From Squalus acanthias (taxonomy: Eukaryota), in the NCBI GenBank assembly GCA_030390025.1, contig JASTWF010000035.1, positions 124,001 through 188,000 of the forward strand: a stretch of 64,000 nucleotides of DNA, written 5' to 3'. Every line of letters starts with the position of its first letter. Positions within the stretch are counted from its first letter, which is position 1. The translations under genes were made by a program, and so were the position numbers. Shown here in pieces: positions 32,529-46,300 of the stretch. The notes below the pieces were generated by a model. That model ran no database searches. It saw only the letters and a list, made by a program, of their open reading frames with translations, and was not told where the DNA came from.

Positions 32529-35158
32529 ATGGGAACCATTTATACCTTCTCATCCTGGTCCTCAGATTCGGAGGAAGAGCAGCTGCGGCAGCAGCAGGAC
32601 CAGGCACAACAGCAGCAACAACATCAGGAGCGCCAACCTCCTCCTCAGCCACCTGATGCTGCAGAGGGCGTCAGCGCAGGGCTGCACGGCGCCGCGCCAC
32701 AGGAGATACCCCTAACACAGGGTTAAGAACATAAGAACATAAGAAATAGGAGCAGGAGTAGGCCAATCGGCCCCTCGAGCCTGCTCCGCCATTCAATAAG
32801 ATCATGGCTGATCTGATCCTAACCGCCAATCTACTATCTATCACAGAACCATCTCCTGCATCTAACAGAATTGCACACACGAAATAGGAGCAGAATCAGG
32901 CTACACGGTCCCTGGGCCCGCTCCACTACCCACAGGGCCATGACCGATCCGAACCTAGACTCATGTCCAAATTCCTGCCCGCTCCCCGTAACCCTTAATG
33001 CCCTTTACTTCTAGGAAACTGTCTATTTCTGTTTTAAATTTATTTAATGATGTAGCTTCTACAGCTTTTTGTGGCAGCATATTCCATGGACCTACCACCC
33101 TCTGAGTGAAGTAGTTCCTCCTCATCCCAGTTTTGAAAGAGCAGCCCCTTATTCTAAGACTATGTCCCCTAGTTCTAGTCTCACCCGTCATCGGGAACAT
33201 CCTCCCCGCATCCACCCGATCCAACCCCTTCACAATCTTATATGTTTCAATAAGATCGCCTCTCATTCTTCTGAACTCCAATGAGTAGAGTCCCAATCTA
33301 CACAACCTCTCCTCATATGACCACCCCCTCATCCCCGGGATTAACCGAGTGAACCTTTTTTGCACTGCCTCGAGAGCAAGGATGTCTTTCCTTAAGTAAG
33401 GACACCAAAACTGTATGCAGTATTCCAGGTGCGGTCTCACCAATACCTTGTACAACTGAAGCAATACCTCCCTATTTTTATATTCTATCCCCCTAGCAAT
33501 GAAAGCCAACATTCCATTTGCCTTCTTAATCACTTGCTGCACCTGCATACTAACCTTTTGAGTTTCGTGCACCAGGACCCCCAGATCCCTTTGCACTTCA
33601 GTACTCTCCAGTTTCTTGCCATTAAGATAATAAATTGCTCTAGGATTTTTCCTGCCAAAGTGCATCACCTCACACTTTCCAGTGTTGTATTTCATCTGCC
33701 AAATCTCTGCCCACTTACTTAGCCTGTCTATGTCCCCTTGCAGGTTTTTTATGTCCTCCTCACTCACTACTTTCCCTCCCATCTTAGTATCATCTGCAAA
33801 TTTTGATATGTTACACTTGGTCCCTTCCTCCAAATCGTTAATATACATTGTAAAGAGTTGGGGACCCAGCACTGACCCCTGTGGAACACCACTAGTTACT
33901 GATTGCCAGTCTGAGAATGAACCATTTATCCCAACTCTTTGCTTTCTGTTAGATAGCCAATCCTCTATCCATGCCAGAATATTACCCCCAATCCCGTGAT
34001 TTTTTACCTTAAGCAATAATCTTTTGTGTGGCACCTTGTCAAATGCCTAGTCTAAATACACTACGTCCACTGGTTCCCCTTTATCCACTCTATATGTTAC
34101 TTCCTCAAAGAACTCCAGCAAATTTACAGGCCGAGGATGAGCTTCCTCAACATGACTGAGCAGCAGTGCCAAAGGAGGCTGAGACTTTCACGAGAGGTAG
34201 TTGCTGACATCTGCGCAATGCTGCACCAACACCTGGAGCCCAGAGGAGCGGGTGGACACCTCTTACCAGTGGCTGTCAAAATCACCACCGCACTCAATTT
34301 TTTTGCTTGAGGGACCTTCCAGGGATCAGCAGCCGACATCAGCGGCATCTCTCAGTCGGCCGCACACACTTGCATCACGCAGGTTACCGAAGGCCTCTGC
34401 AGAAGCGCACAATTATATCCACTTCTCCACGGATGAAGCAAGTGTAACCGCGTGTGCGGTTGGCTTTGCAAATATGGCAGGCTTGCCAAGGGTGCAGGGC
34501 ATCGTAGACTACACACATGTGGCCATTAGGGCACCCCATCACAACCCAGCTGTATTTGTCAACCGCAAGGGCTTCCACTCCCTTAACGTCCAGCTGGTGT
34601 GTAACTACAGGAAGAACATGATGCTTGTTTGCGCCAAGTTCCCTGGCAGTTGCTTTGACTCGTTCATCCTGCGGCAGTCCACTGTGCCTCAGCTCTTCAA
34701 TCCGCCAACCCAACTTTCCGGATGGCTTCTTGGAGACAAGGGCTATCCCCTGAAGACTAATGAAGACGTGGCTAATGACGCCATTGAGGAGTCCATCAAA
34801 CGAAGCAGAGGAGCGCTACAATGCCAGCCACATTTCCACCAGAGCCATCATCGAGCAAACCATCGGCTTGCTCAAAATGCGATTCAGATGCCTCGACAGA
34901 TCAGGTGGAGCCCTACAGTACTCACCAGCCATGGTGTCCAGAATCATCGTGGACTGCTGTACCCTACACAACATCGCACAGCAGCGTGGCTTAGCGCTCC
35001 CTGAGGAACAACTGGCTCAGCGCACAGCCTCCTCCTCCTCCTCCTCCTCCTCCTCCTCGGATGCAGATGAGGAAGACCTTGCGGAGGCAGATGTGCCAGT
35101 TCCACCAGCACGCAAGCACATTGCTGCCCGTGATTCAAGGGATGCCAGATTCGCTTAA
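32529..35158 (+). pseudogene. Harbinger (HARBI1-type DDE) transposase, disrupted by frameshifts, stops and a CR1 insertion
   Basis: [61 protein letters not shown]. Confidence 0.9.
32724..34125 (-). mobile_element. 5'-truncated CR1 LINE (young subfamily)
   Basis: 357-aa RT ORF; nearly identical to 40902-42300. Confidence 0.92.
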
Positions 35159-35449
35159 ATTTACGAAGCAAACAATGTGGCTGCCACCTTCTCAACACAC
35201 CATACACCATCTCTACAATAAACTGTGGGTTCCTATCACTCTCACCACCATCATTACAGATGAAAGGCGCCCTGACACCTCACTGTGACACTTCCATTTC
35301 TGGGCACACATAGGCCAACTCTTTGAATGTTTGCCATCGCATTTGTTTATTACAATTGAAATGCTGATCATTATCTTAAATATGTATTACATCAAAACAC
35401 CCAAGTGACTACCCTTGTGACTATTTGTGTGTTAACTTTCTCTTACGCG

Positions 35450-37320
35450 TGCTTCTACGTGGTGCTTCCCCGGTGGCTTCAGCAGATGTGGAGGCACCTT
35501 GCTCACTTTCATGCTGCTCCTGCTTCGACACCTTTGGCGGGCGTCCTCTGGGTTTGCAAGCCTGGGAGGGCTCAGCAACAGTCTGCTCCTCCTACGGCTG
35601 TGCAGGGGCTGAGACGGCCATCTCAGTTGGGTGAGGAATCTGGTGGGACTCTGACCGAGGGCTACTCAGTGGCACGGGAGTGTGAGCGCTTGGAGAGAAG
35701 CCCACACTTCCTTGTTGCCTGCCACCAACATCCCTCTCATGGGTCAGCTGCACTTCAGTGCTAGCAAGTGGCTGGACAGCACCTTGCTGCACATCAGAGG
35801 AGCCATGAGGACCCATCACTGTACTGGCAGTCCTCATAACAAGGACGTCCATGAACCTCTGGTGTCTCTCCTCTATAGATGTCCATCTCTCCTCCATAGC
35901 AGACAATCTATTTTGAAGAGTCACCATGTTTTCGTTAGTCTGACGATTTATGTCCTCCATGGCGGTTGCCACCCTCTCCATGGCGGAACGTTCATGCACC
36001 ATTGCCTCCACAAAGGCAGTGCTCATGTTACAGATGGACTCCTCCATTCTCAGTAACCCTGGAGACAAAACCTGTCAGAGACTCCTGCACTTGTTCCTGG
36101 AGTTCCAGCACCGCTCTCTTTCTGGATGGCCCCAGAGGCACAGGGTCGACATGCAGCTGAGCAGAGCTGGGAGCACCCTGCGGCCTCCGACGAGGACTCT
36201 CCACTGCTGTCCTGTCTCCACCACCTGCTGATGCTCACTTGTGTGTTGTGATACACCAGGTGACAACACTACTCTATCTCGCGAAGGACCCACTGAGGTG
36301 TGCGTCTCTGCGCTAGTGCTGGGTGCGCTCAATCCTGCTGATGCTGCGCCCTCAGAGGTTGCAGCTTCCTCTGAGGAGTCTTCTGGCTCTTCCTCCTGGA
36401 CAGTGGGGAGGGGAGCTCTCGATGGTCCTGTGGGGGAGTAAAGGCATGAGGTAGACATGTGATATTAACGTAGCAGGCACATCGACTTGTGCAGATGATC
36501 ATAACTCAATCTGTATGAACATCAGATGCCATATCAGTCACTGATGCAATGTAAATGAGAGGGCTGCAAATTTATTCTGTCACCAGCTTGCTCTACTGCG
36601 CCCGTCTGACCGTCCCCCACTTCCAGATCCTCAGCACCTCCTACGATGTCGAGAGCAGCTTCCTCAGCGGTGATCAGCTGGGCAATGGAAGGTGGCCCTC
36701 CTCCTGTCCTGGCCCTCTTCCTCTTATTGTGGGCTCTCTATTCCTGCAATGAGGGACACAAGTGGAGTTTGAGTGAGAATGTTGGAGTGAGTGTAGAGAA
36801 TCCATAGCATAGATGCTTAGAGGGAGACAAAGATGGAGTGAGGTGCCAATACCAAGGCCCATCCCTGTGCGTTGTTAGTTGTCATTGCATAACTGTGATA
36901 GCGAGTGTGAGGGGTGCATAGTAGAATGGTGAAGTGATTGTGTACATAGAGAGCGAGGGATGGTTAAGGGTGCAAGGGATGTAAGGGTAAAGTGGGATGT
37001 GCAGGAGTAGGTTGACAATGCAGAGTGCTGGTGATGAGAGGAGATGGGGAGCAGATTGAGGGTAAGTGTGATGTTATACTCACTGTTCCTGAGCGTACCA
37101 GGTCATTGAACCTTTTCCTGCACTGCACCCAGGTTCGAGCACACAACGGTCTGGAGCTGACCTCCTCAGCAATTTGCAGCCAGGCTGCTTTGCTGTGGAG
37201 GCTTCCTCCGTCCAGAGGATGGGAATATTACCTCCTTGTGCCCTCTCACTCCCTCCACAAGAGCATGGAGGGAGTCATCATCAAATCAGGGAGAGGCTTG
37301 GCTCTTGTAGCAGTCATTTT
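35450..37320 (-). pseudogene. Harbinger Myb/SANT-like second gene, degenerate and intron-containing
   Basis: RTWVQCRKRFNDLVRSG followed by a |gtgagt donor; downstream low-complexity and coiled-coil ORFs. Confidence 0.7.
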
Positions 37321-37588
37321 CACAAGTGGTACAACGAGAAGCAGCAGGAAAGGATGGATGAGAAACAATGCTGCATGGGCCCCTTAAATACAGCTGGCTG
37401 ACAGACGTCAGCAGAGGCGAGCAGCAGACCCGAACCCACTGATTGGGCCCAGTACCGCGCACGGAGACCTTAATCAGGCCACTTAAGGGAAAATCTTAAT
37501 TCCTGGGCGGCTGAAAGCGGCAGCGGGACCGGAACCCGCCGAACATCAAAGCCGCCTCCAACCCGCCTCCATTGATAAAATCGCAGCC

Positions 37589-38620
37589 AAAGAGTCTGCA
37601 AAGGGATATAGATAGGTTAAGTGAGTGGGCAAAAAATTGGCAGATGGAGTATAATGTGGGAAAATGTGAGGTTATCCACTTTGGTAGGAAAAATAAAAAA
37701 GCAAAATATTATTTAAATGGAGAGAAACTACAGAATGCTGCGGTACAGAGGGATCTAGGTGTCCTCGTACATGAAACACAAAAGGTTAACATGCAGGTAC
37801 AGCAAGTAATTAGGAAGGCAAATGGAATGTTGGCCTTTATTTCAAGGCGGATAGAGTATAAAAGTAGGGAAGTCCTGCTACAACTGTTTTGGGTGCTGGT
37901 GAGACCACACATGGAGTACTGCGTGCAGTTTTAGTCGTCTCATTTAAGGAGGGATATACTTGCATTGGAGGCAGTTCAGAGAAGGTTCACTAGATTGATT
38001 CCTGAGATGAAGGGTTTGTCTTATGAAGAAAGGTTGAGCAGGTTGGGCCTATACTCATTGGAGTTTAGAAGAATGAGAGGTGACCTTATTGTAACATATA
38101 AGATACTGAGGGGGCTTGACAAGTTCGATGCAGAGAGGATGTTTCCCCTCGTGGGGGAATCTAGAACTAGGGGACACAGTTTCAGAATAAGGGGTCGCCC
38201 ATTTAAGACGGAGATGAAGAGGAATTTCTTCTCTCAGAGGGTCGTGAATCTTTGGAATTCTCTACCCCAGAGAGCTGTGGAGGCGGAGTCATTGAATATA
38301 TTCAAGGCGCAGATAGACAGATTTTTGAAAAACAGGGGAATCAAGGGTTATGGGGAGCGGGCGGGAAAGTGGAGTTGAGGCCAAGATCAGATCAGCCATG
38401 ATCTTATTGAATGGCGGAGCAGGCTCGAGGGGCCGAATAGTATAGATGCATTTAAGGGGAGGCTAGATAAACATATGAGGGAGAAGGGAATAGAGGGTTA
38501 TGCTGATAGATTTAGATGAGGAAAGACGGGAGGAGGCACGAGTGGAGCAGAAACGCTGGTATGGACTGGTTGGGCCAAATGGCCTGTTTCTGTGCCGTAT
38601 ATCCGATGTAATCCTGCGTA
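37589..38620 (+). mobile_element. CR1 3' fragments
   Basis: LQRDIDRLSEWAKNWQMEYN...RNFFSQRVV. Confidence 0.9.
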
Positions 38621-38719
38621 ACTATTTATGTGTTGATAACATTTTTTGAAATCAGGAGTTGTGTTTGGAAATCAGCCTCCTGCTGGAATCGTGACTAAAG
38701 TGTCTTCTGGGCTTGGCAG

Positions 38720-38829
38720 GTGTGACGGTGAATGCTGTTCACCCGGGACTGGTGATGACGGAGATAATGAGGAATCAAAGATTGCACTTGCGAGTCATCT
38801 TCAATCTGATCGGAACCTTTTTCTTCAAG
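38720..38829 (+). CDS. RDH-like SDR copy A, coding exon 5
   Basis: ggcag| acceptor and AAG|gtcagt donor; GVTVNAVHPGLVMTEI (SDR HPG motif). Confidence 0.92.
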
Positions 38830-39109
38830 GTCAGTGCCCAAGAGAAGCATCAGTCACACGCCCGCCTCCACTGGCACTCGATGCCAAGGGCAACACTGAA
38901 TGATTCACTGTGTGTCCGTGGAGTCTAATAACGAGGTCATTAAACCCTGTCCCAATCAATGAGTCGGTCATTAAACCCTGTCCCAATCAATGAGTCGGTA
39001 TTTAAATCTCTTGCTACAATAATTCTACTCCTCTCGCAAACCTGTCTACAGATTTACTTTTGCATTTCCCTCCCAGAATGAGGGGTGTGTAATATAAACC
39101 CACCATAGC

Positions 39110-39665
39110 AACATAGGAACAGGAGGAGGCCATTCAGCCCCTCGAGCTTGTTCCGCCATTCAATCAGATCATGGCTGATCTGTGACCTAACTCCATATAC
39201 CCTTTGCCCCATATCCCTGAATACCTTTGGTTAACAAAAAGCTATCAATCTCAGATTTAAAATTAACAATTGATCTAGCATCAATTGCCGTTTGCGGAAG
39301 AGAGTTCCAAACATCTACCACCCTTTGTGTGCAGAAGTGTTTCCTAATTTCACTCCTGAAAGGTCTGGCTCTAATTTTTAGACTATACCCCCTAGTCCGA
39401 GAATCCCCAACCAGTGGAAATAGTTTCTCTCTCTCGACCCTATCAGTTCCCCTTAATATCCTGAAAACTTCGATCTGATCACCCCTTAACCTTAAAATTC
39501 CAGGGAATACAAGCCTAGTTGTGTAATCGCTCCTCGTAACTTAACCCTTGAAGACCGGTATCATTCTGGTAAACCTACACTGCACTCCCTCCAAGACCAG
39601 TCTATCCTTCCTAAGGTGAGGTGCCCATTACTGCTCAGTACTCCAGGTGTGGTCTAACCAGGGCT
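39110..39665 (-). mobile_element. CR1 3' fragment
   Basis: CR1 RT C-terminus and 3' UTR on the - strand. Confidence 0.8.
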
Positions 39666-39689
39666 TCGTCTGGGTCCATTTTCCGTTCC

Positions 39690-40900
39690 CTGTACTCCTC
39701 TCCCTTCACTGTACACCTCTCCCTTCACTGTACACCTCTCCCTTCACTGTACACCTTTCCCTTCACTGTACTCCTCTCCCTTCACTGTACATCTCTCCCT
39801 TCACTGTACACCTCTCCCTTCACTGTACTCCTCTCCCTTCACTGTACACCTCTCCCTTCACTGTACTCCTCTCCCTTCACTGTACACCTCTCCCTTCACT
39901 GTACTCCTCTCCCTTCACTGTACACCTCTCCCTTCACTGTACACCTCTCCCTTCACTGTACACCTCTCCCTTCACTGTACACTTCTCCCTTCACTGTACT
40001 CCTCTCCCTTCACTGTACTCCTCTCCCTTCACTGTACACTTCTCCCTTCACTGTACTCCTCTCCCTTCACTGTACACCTCTCCCTTCACTGTACACCTCT
40101 CCCTTCACTGTACACCTCTCCCTTCACTGTACAACTCTCCCTTCACTGTACACCTCTCCCTTCACTGTACACCTCTCCCTTCACTGTACACCTCTCCCTT
40201 CGCTGTACTCCTCTCTCTTCACTGTACTCCTCTCCCTTCACTGTACACCTCTCCCTTCAGTGTACTCCTCTCCCTTCACTGTACTCCTCTCCCTTCACTG
40301 TACACCTCTCCCTTCACTGTACACCTCTCCCTTCACTGTACACCTCTCCCTTCACTGTATACCTCTCCCTTCACTGTACACCTCTCCCTTCACTGTACAC
40401 CTCTCCCTTCACTGTACTCCTCTCGCTTCACTGTACTCCTCGCCCTTCACTGTACTCCTCTCCCTTCACTGTACACCTCTCCCTTCACTGTATACCTCTC
40501 CCTTCACTGTACACCTCTCCCTTCACTGTACTCCTCTCCCTTCACTGTATTCCTCTCCCTTCACTGTACACCTCTCCCTTCACTGTACACCTCTCCCTTC
40601 ACTGTACACCTCTCCCTTCACTGTACTCCTCGCCCTTCACTGTACTCCTCCCCCTTCACTGTACACCTCTCCCTTCACTGTACTCCTCTCCCTTCACTGT
40701 ACTCCTCTCCCTTCACTGTACTCCTCTCCCTTCACTGTACACCTCTCCCTTCACTGTACTCCTCTCCCTTCACTGTACACCTCTCCCTTCACTGTACACC
40801 TCTCCCTTCACTGCACACCTCTCCCTTCACTGTACTCCTCACCCTTCACTGTACACCTCTCCCTTCGCTGTACACCTCTCCCTTCGCTATACACCTCTCC
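39690..40900. repeat. 19-bp minisatellite (CCTCTCCCTTCACTGTACA/T)n, left block
   Basis: Directly visible tandem array. Confidence 0.97.
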
Positions 40901-40901
40901 A

Positions 40902-43395
40902 TAAGAACATAAGAACATAAGAAATAGGAGCAGGAGTAGGCCAATCGGCCCCTCGAGCCTGCTCCGCCATTCAATAAGATCATGGCTGATCTGATCCTAA
41001 CCGCCAATCTACTATCTACTACCACAGAACCATCTCCTGCATCTAACAGAATTGCACACACGAAATAGGAGCAGAATCAGGCTACACGGTCCCTGGGCCC
41101 GCTCCACTACCCACAGGGCCATGACCGATCCGAACCTAGACTCATGTCCAAGTTCCTGCCCGCTCCCCGTAACCCTTAATGCCCTTTACTTCTAGGAAAC
41201 TGTCTATTTCTGTTTTAAATTTATTTAATGATGTAGCTTCTACAGCTTTTTGTGGCAGCATATTCCATGGACCTACCACCCTCTGAGTGAAGTAGTTCCT
41301 CCTCATCTCAGTTTTGAAAGAGTTCTAAGACTATGTCCCCTAGTTCTAGTCTCACCCGTCATCGGGAACATCCTCCCCGCATCCACCCGATCCAACCCCT
41401 TCACAATCTTATATGTTTCAATAAGATCGCCTCTCATTCTTCTGAACTCCAATGAGTAGAGTCCCAATCTACACAACCTCTCCTCATATGACCACCCCCT
41501 CATCCCCGGGATTAACCGAGTGAACCTTTTTTGCACTGCCTCGAGAGCAAGGGTGTCTTTCCTTAAGTAAGGACACCAAAACTGTATGCAGTATTCCAGG
41601 TGCGGTCTCACCAATACCTTGTACAACTGAAGCAATACCTCCCTATTTTTATATTCTATCCCCCTAGCAATGAAAGCCAACATTCCATTTGCCTTCTTAA
41701 TCACTTGCTGCACCTGCATACTAACCTTTTGAGTTTCGTGCACCAGGACCCCCAGATCCCTTTGCACTTCAGTACTCTCCAGTTTCTTGCCATTAAGATA
41801 ATAAATTGCTCTAGGATTTTTCCTGCCAAAGTGCATCACCTCACACTTTCCAGTGTTGTATTCCATCTGCCAAATCTCTGCCCACTTACTTAGCCTGTCT
41901 ATGTCCCCTTGCAGGTTTTTTATGTCCTCCTCACTCACTACTTTCTCTCCCATCTTAGTATCATCTGCAAATTTTGATATGTTACACTTGGTCCCTTCCT
42001 CCAAATCGTTAATATAGATTGTAAAGAGTTGGGGACCCAGCACTGACCCCTGTGGAACACCACTAGTTACTGATTGCCAGTCTGAGAATGAACCATTTAT
42101 CCCAACTCTTTGCTTTCTGTTAGATAGCCAATCCTCTATCCATGCCAGAATATTACCCCCAATCCCGTGATTTTTTACCTTAAGCAATAATCTTTTGTGT
42201 GGCACCTTGTCAAATGCCTTTTGGAAGTCTAAATACACTACGTCTACTGGTTCCCCTTTATCCACTCTATATGTTACTTCCTCAAAGAACTCCAGCAAAT
42301 TTGTCAAACATGACTTCCCCTTCGTAAAACCATGCTGACTTTGTCCTATTAAATTATGATTATCCAAATGTCCTGTTACTGTTTCCTTAATAATGGACTC
42401 CAAAATTTTACCTACCACAGATGTTAGGCTAACCGGTCTATAGTTACCAGCCTTCTGTCTACTGCCCTTTTTAAATAAGGGTGTTACATTAGCAGTTTTC
42501 CAGTCTGCCGGGACCTTAGCGGAATCCAGGGAGTTCTGAAAAATTATTACCAATGCATCTACAATCCCTACCGCCACTTCCTTCAAGACTCTAGGATGTA
42601 AGCCATCAGGTCCAGGTGATTTATCCACCTTGAGTCCCATTATTTTACCGAGTACCACTTCCTTAGTGATTTTGATCGTGTTTAGCTCCTCTCCCCCTAT
42701 AGCCCCCTGTTTGTCCAGTGTTGGGATATTCTTAGTGTCCTCTACTGTAAAGACTGATACAAAATATTCATTCAGTGTTTTTGCCATCTCCATATTTCCC
42801 ACCATTAATTTCCCGGTCTCATCCTCTAAGGGACCAACATTTACTTTAGCCACCCTTTTTCTTTTTATATAACTATAAAAACTCTTACTATCTGTTTTTA
42901 TATTTTTTGCTAATTTACTTTCATAATCTATCTTCCCTTTCTTAATCTTTTTGTTATTTTTTGCTGCCTTTTAAAGTTTTCCCAATCCTCTGTCCTCCCA
43001 CTAGATTTCGCTACCTTATATGCCCTTGTTTTTAGTCGAATACTATCCTTAATTTCTTTACTTAGCCACGGATGACTGTCCTTTCTTTTACACCCTTTTC
43101 TTTTCAGTGGAATATATATTTTTTGGAAGTTGTAAAATAACTCCTTGAATGTACACCACTGATCATGTGTCGTCTTACCCTTTAATCTATTTTCCCAATC
43201 CACTCTACTCAATTCCGCTCGCATACCTTCATAGTCTCCTTTATTCAAGCTTAGCACGCTTGTTTGAGATCCAACGTTCTCACCCTCTAATTGAATATGG
43301 AATTCAACCATGTTATGGTCACTCATTCCAAGGGGATCCTTTACCAGGACATTTTTAATTAATCCTGTCTCGTTACACAGGACCAGATCTAAGGT
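40902..43395 (-). mobile_element. CR1 LINE inserted into the minisatellite
   Basis: 516-aa RT ORF plus upstream SDHN endonuclease end; small deletions and frameshifts. Confidence 0.92.
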
Positions 43396-43396
43396 T

Positions 43397-46300
43397 GCTG
43401 TACTCCTCTCCCTTTACTGTACACCTCTCACTTCACTGTACACCTCTCCCTTCACTGTACTCCTCTCCGTTCACTGTACACCTGTCCCTTCACTGTACAC
43501 CTCGCCCTTCACTGTACACCTCGCCCTTCACTGTACACCTCTCCCTTCACTGTACACCTCGCTCTTCACTGTACACCTCTCCCTTCACTGTACTCCTCGC
43601 CCTTCACTGTACACCTCTCCGTTCACTGTACACCTCGCCCTTCACTATACACCTCACCCTTCACTGTACACCTCTCCCTTCACTGTACTCCTCGCCCTTC
43701 ACTGTACACTTATCCCTTTGCTGTACACCTCGTCCTTCGCTGTACACCTCTCCCTTCACTGTGCACCTCTCCCTTCACTGTACTCCTCGCCCTTCACTGT
43801 ACACCTCACCCTTCAGTATAATCCTCTCCCTTCACTATAGTCCTCTCCCTTCACTATACTCCTGTCCCTTCACTGTACACCTCTCCCTTCACTGTACACC
43901 TCTCCCTTCACTGTACTCCTCTCCCTTCACTGTACTCCTCGCCCTTCACTGTACCCCTCTCCCTTCACTGTACACCTCTCCCTTCACTGTACACCTCTCC
44001 CTTCACTGTACTCCTCTCCCTTCACTGTACTCCTCTCCCTTCACTGTACACCCCCTCCCTTCACTGTACCCCTCTCCCTTCACTGTATACCTCTCCCTTC
44101 ACTGTACACCTCTCCCTTCACTGTACACCCCTCTCTCTTCACTGTACACCTCTCCCTTCACTGTACATCTCTCCCTTCACTGTACTCCTCTCCCTTCACT
44201 GTACACCTCTCCCTTCACTGTACACCTCTCCCATCACTGTACACCTCTCCCTTCACTGTACACCACTCCCTTCACTGTACACCTCTCCCTTCACTGTACT
44301 CCTCGCCCTTCACTGTACCCCTCTCCCTTCACTGTACCCCTCTCCCTTCACTGTACTCTTCTCCCTTCACTGTACCCCTCTCCCTTCACTGTACACCTCT
44401 CCCTTCACTGTACACCTCTCCCTTCGCTGTACACCTCTCCCTTCACTGTACACCTCTCCCTTCACTATACACCTCTCTCTTCACTGTACACCTCTCCCTT
44501 CACTGTACACCTCTCCCTTCACTGTACACCTCTCCCTTCACTGTACACCTCTCCCTTCACTGTACTCCTCGCCCTTCACTGTACCCCTCTCCCTTCACTG
44601 TACCCCTCTCCCTTCTCTGTACTCTTCTCCCTTCACTGTACACCTCTCCCTTCACTGTACACCTCTCCCTTCACTATACACCTCTCTCTTCACTGTACCC
44701 CTCTCCCTTCACTGTACCCCTCTCCCTTCACTGTACACCTCTCCCTTCGCTGTACCCCTCTCCCTTCACTGTACACCTCTCCCTTCGCTGTACGCCTCTC
44801 CCTTCACTGTACACCTCTCCCTTCACTGTACACCTCTCCCTTCACTGTACTCCTCGCCCTTCACTGTACACCTCGCCGTTCGCTCTACACCTCGCCCTTC
44901 GCTGTACACCTCTCCCTTCGCTGTACGCCTCTCTCTTCACTGTACACCTCTCCCTTCACTGTGCACCTCTCCCTTCACTGTACTCCTCGCCCTTCACTGT
45001 ACACCTCACCCTTCAGTGTAATCCTCTCCCTTCACTGTACACCTCTCCCTTCACTATTGTCCTCTCGCTTCACTATACTTCTGTCCCTTCACTGTACACC
45101 TCTCCCTTCACTGTACTCCTCTCCCTTCACTGTACTCCTCTCCCTTCACTGTACTCCTCTCCCTTCACTGTGCACCTCTCCCTTCACTGTACACCTCTCC
45201 CTTCACTGTACTCCTCTCCCTTCACTGTACTCCTCTCCCTTCACTGTACACCCCTCCCTTCACTGTACTCCTATCCCTTCACTGTACACCTCTCCCTTCA
45301 CTGTAATCCTCTCCCTTCACTGTACACCTCACCCTTCACTGTACTCCTCTCCCTTCACTGTACTCCTCTCCCTTCACTGTACCCCTCTCCCTTCACTGTA
45401 CTCCTCTCCGTTCACTGTACACCTCTCCCTTCACTGTACTCCTCTCCCTTTACTGTACACCTCTCCCTTCACTGTACTCCTCACCCTCCACTTTACACCT
45501 CTCCCTTCACTGTACACCTCGCCCTTCACTGTACACCTCGCCCTTCACTGTACACCTCTCCCTTCACTGTACACCTCGCTCTTCACTGTACACCTCTCCC
45601 TTCACTGTACTCCTCGCTCTTCACTGTACACCTCTCCGTTCACTGTACACCTCTCCCTTCACTGTACACCTCACCCTTCACTGTACACCTCTCCCTTCAC
45701 TGTACTCCTCGCCCTTCACTGTACACATCGCCCTTCGCTGTACACCTCGCCCTTCGCTGTACACCTCTCCCTTCGCTGTACGCCTCTCTCTTCACTGTAC
45801 ACCTCTCCCTTCACTGTACACCTCTCCCTTCGCTGTACGCCTCTCCCTTCACTGTACACCTCTCCCTTCACTGTACACCTCTCCCTTCACTGTACTCCTC
45901 GCCCTTCACTGTACACCTCGCCGTTCGCTCTACACCTCGCCCTTCGCTGTACACCTCTCCCTTCGCTGAACGCCTCTCTCTTCACTGTACACCTCTCCCT
46001 TCACTGTGCACCTCTCCCTTCACTGTACTCCTCGCCCTTCACTGTACACCTCACCCTTCAGTGTACTCCTCTCCCTTCACTGTACACCTCTCCCTTCACT
46101 ATAGTCCTCTCCCTTCACTATACTTCTGTCCCTTCACTGTACACCTCTCCCTTCACTGTACTCCTCTCCCTTCACTGTACACCCCTCCCTTCACTGTACT
46201 CCTATCCCTTCACTGTACACCTCTCCCTTCACTGTACTCCTCTCCCTTCACTGTGCACCTCTCCCTTCACTGTACACCTCTCCCTTCACTGTACTCCTCT

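Larger units (their letters stand above)
31500..37588. mobile_element. PIF/Harbinger DNA transposon (two convergent genes), inserted in a CR1 fragment
   Basis: TIRs GGCCGCGATTTT / AAAATCGCAGCC; flanking CR1 reads GAGGAGGACAC...AAAGAGTCTGCAAAGG across it; transposase on +, Myb/SANT-like gene on -. Confidence 0.85.

Noticed and set aside
34201..35158. Domesticated host HARBI1 gene
   Set aside because: Frameshifted, contains stops, interrupted by CR1 and enclosed by TIRs: a dead transposon copy
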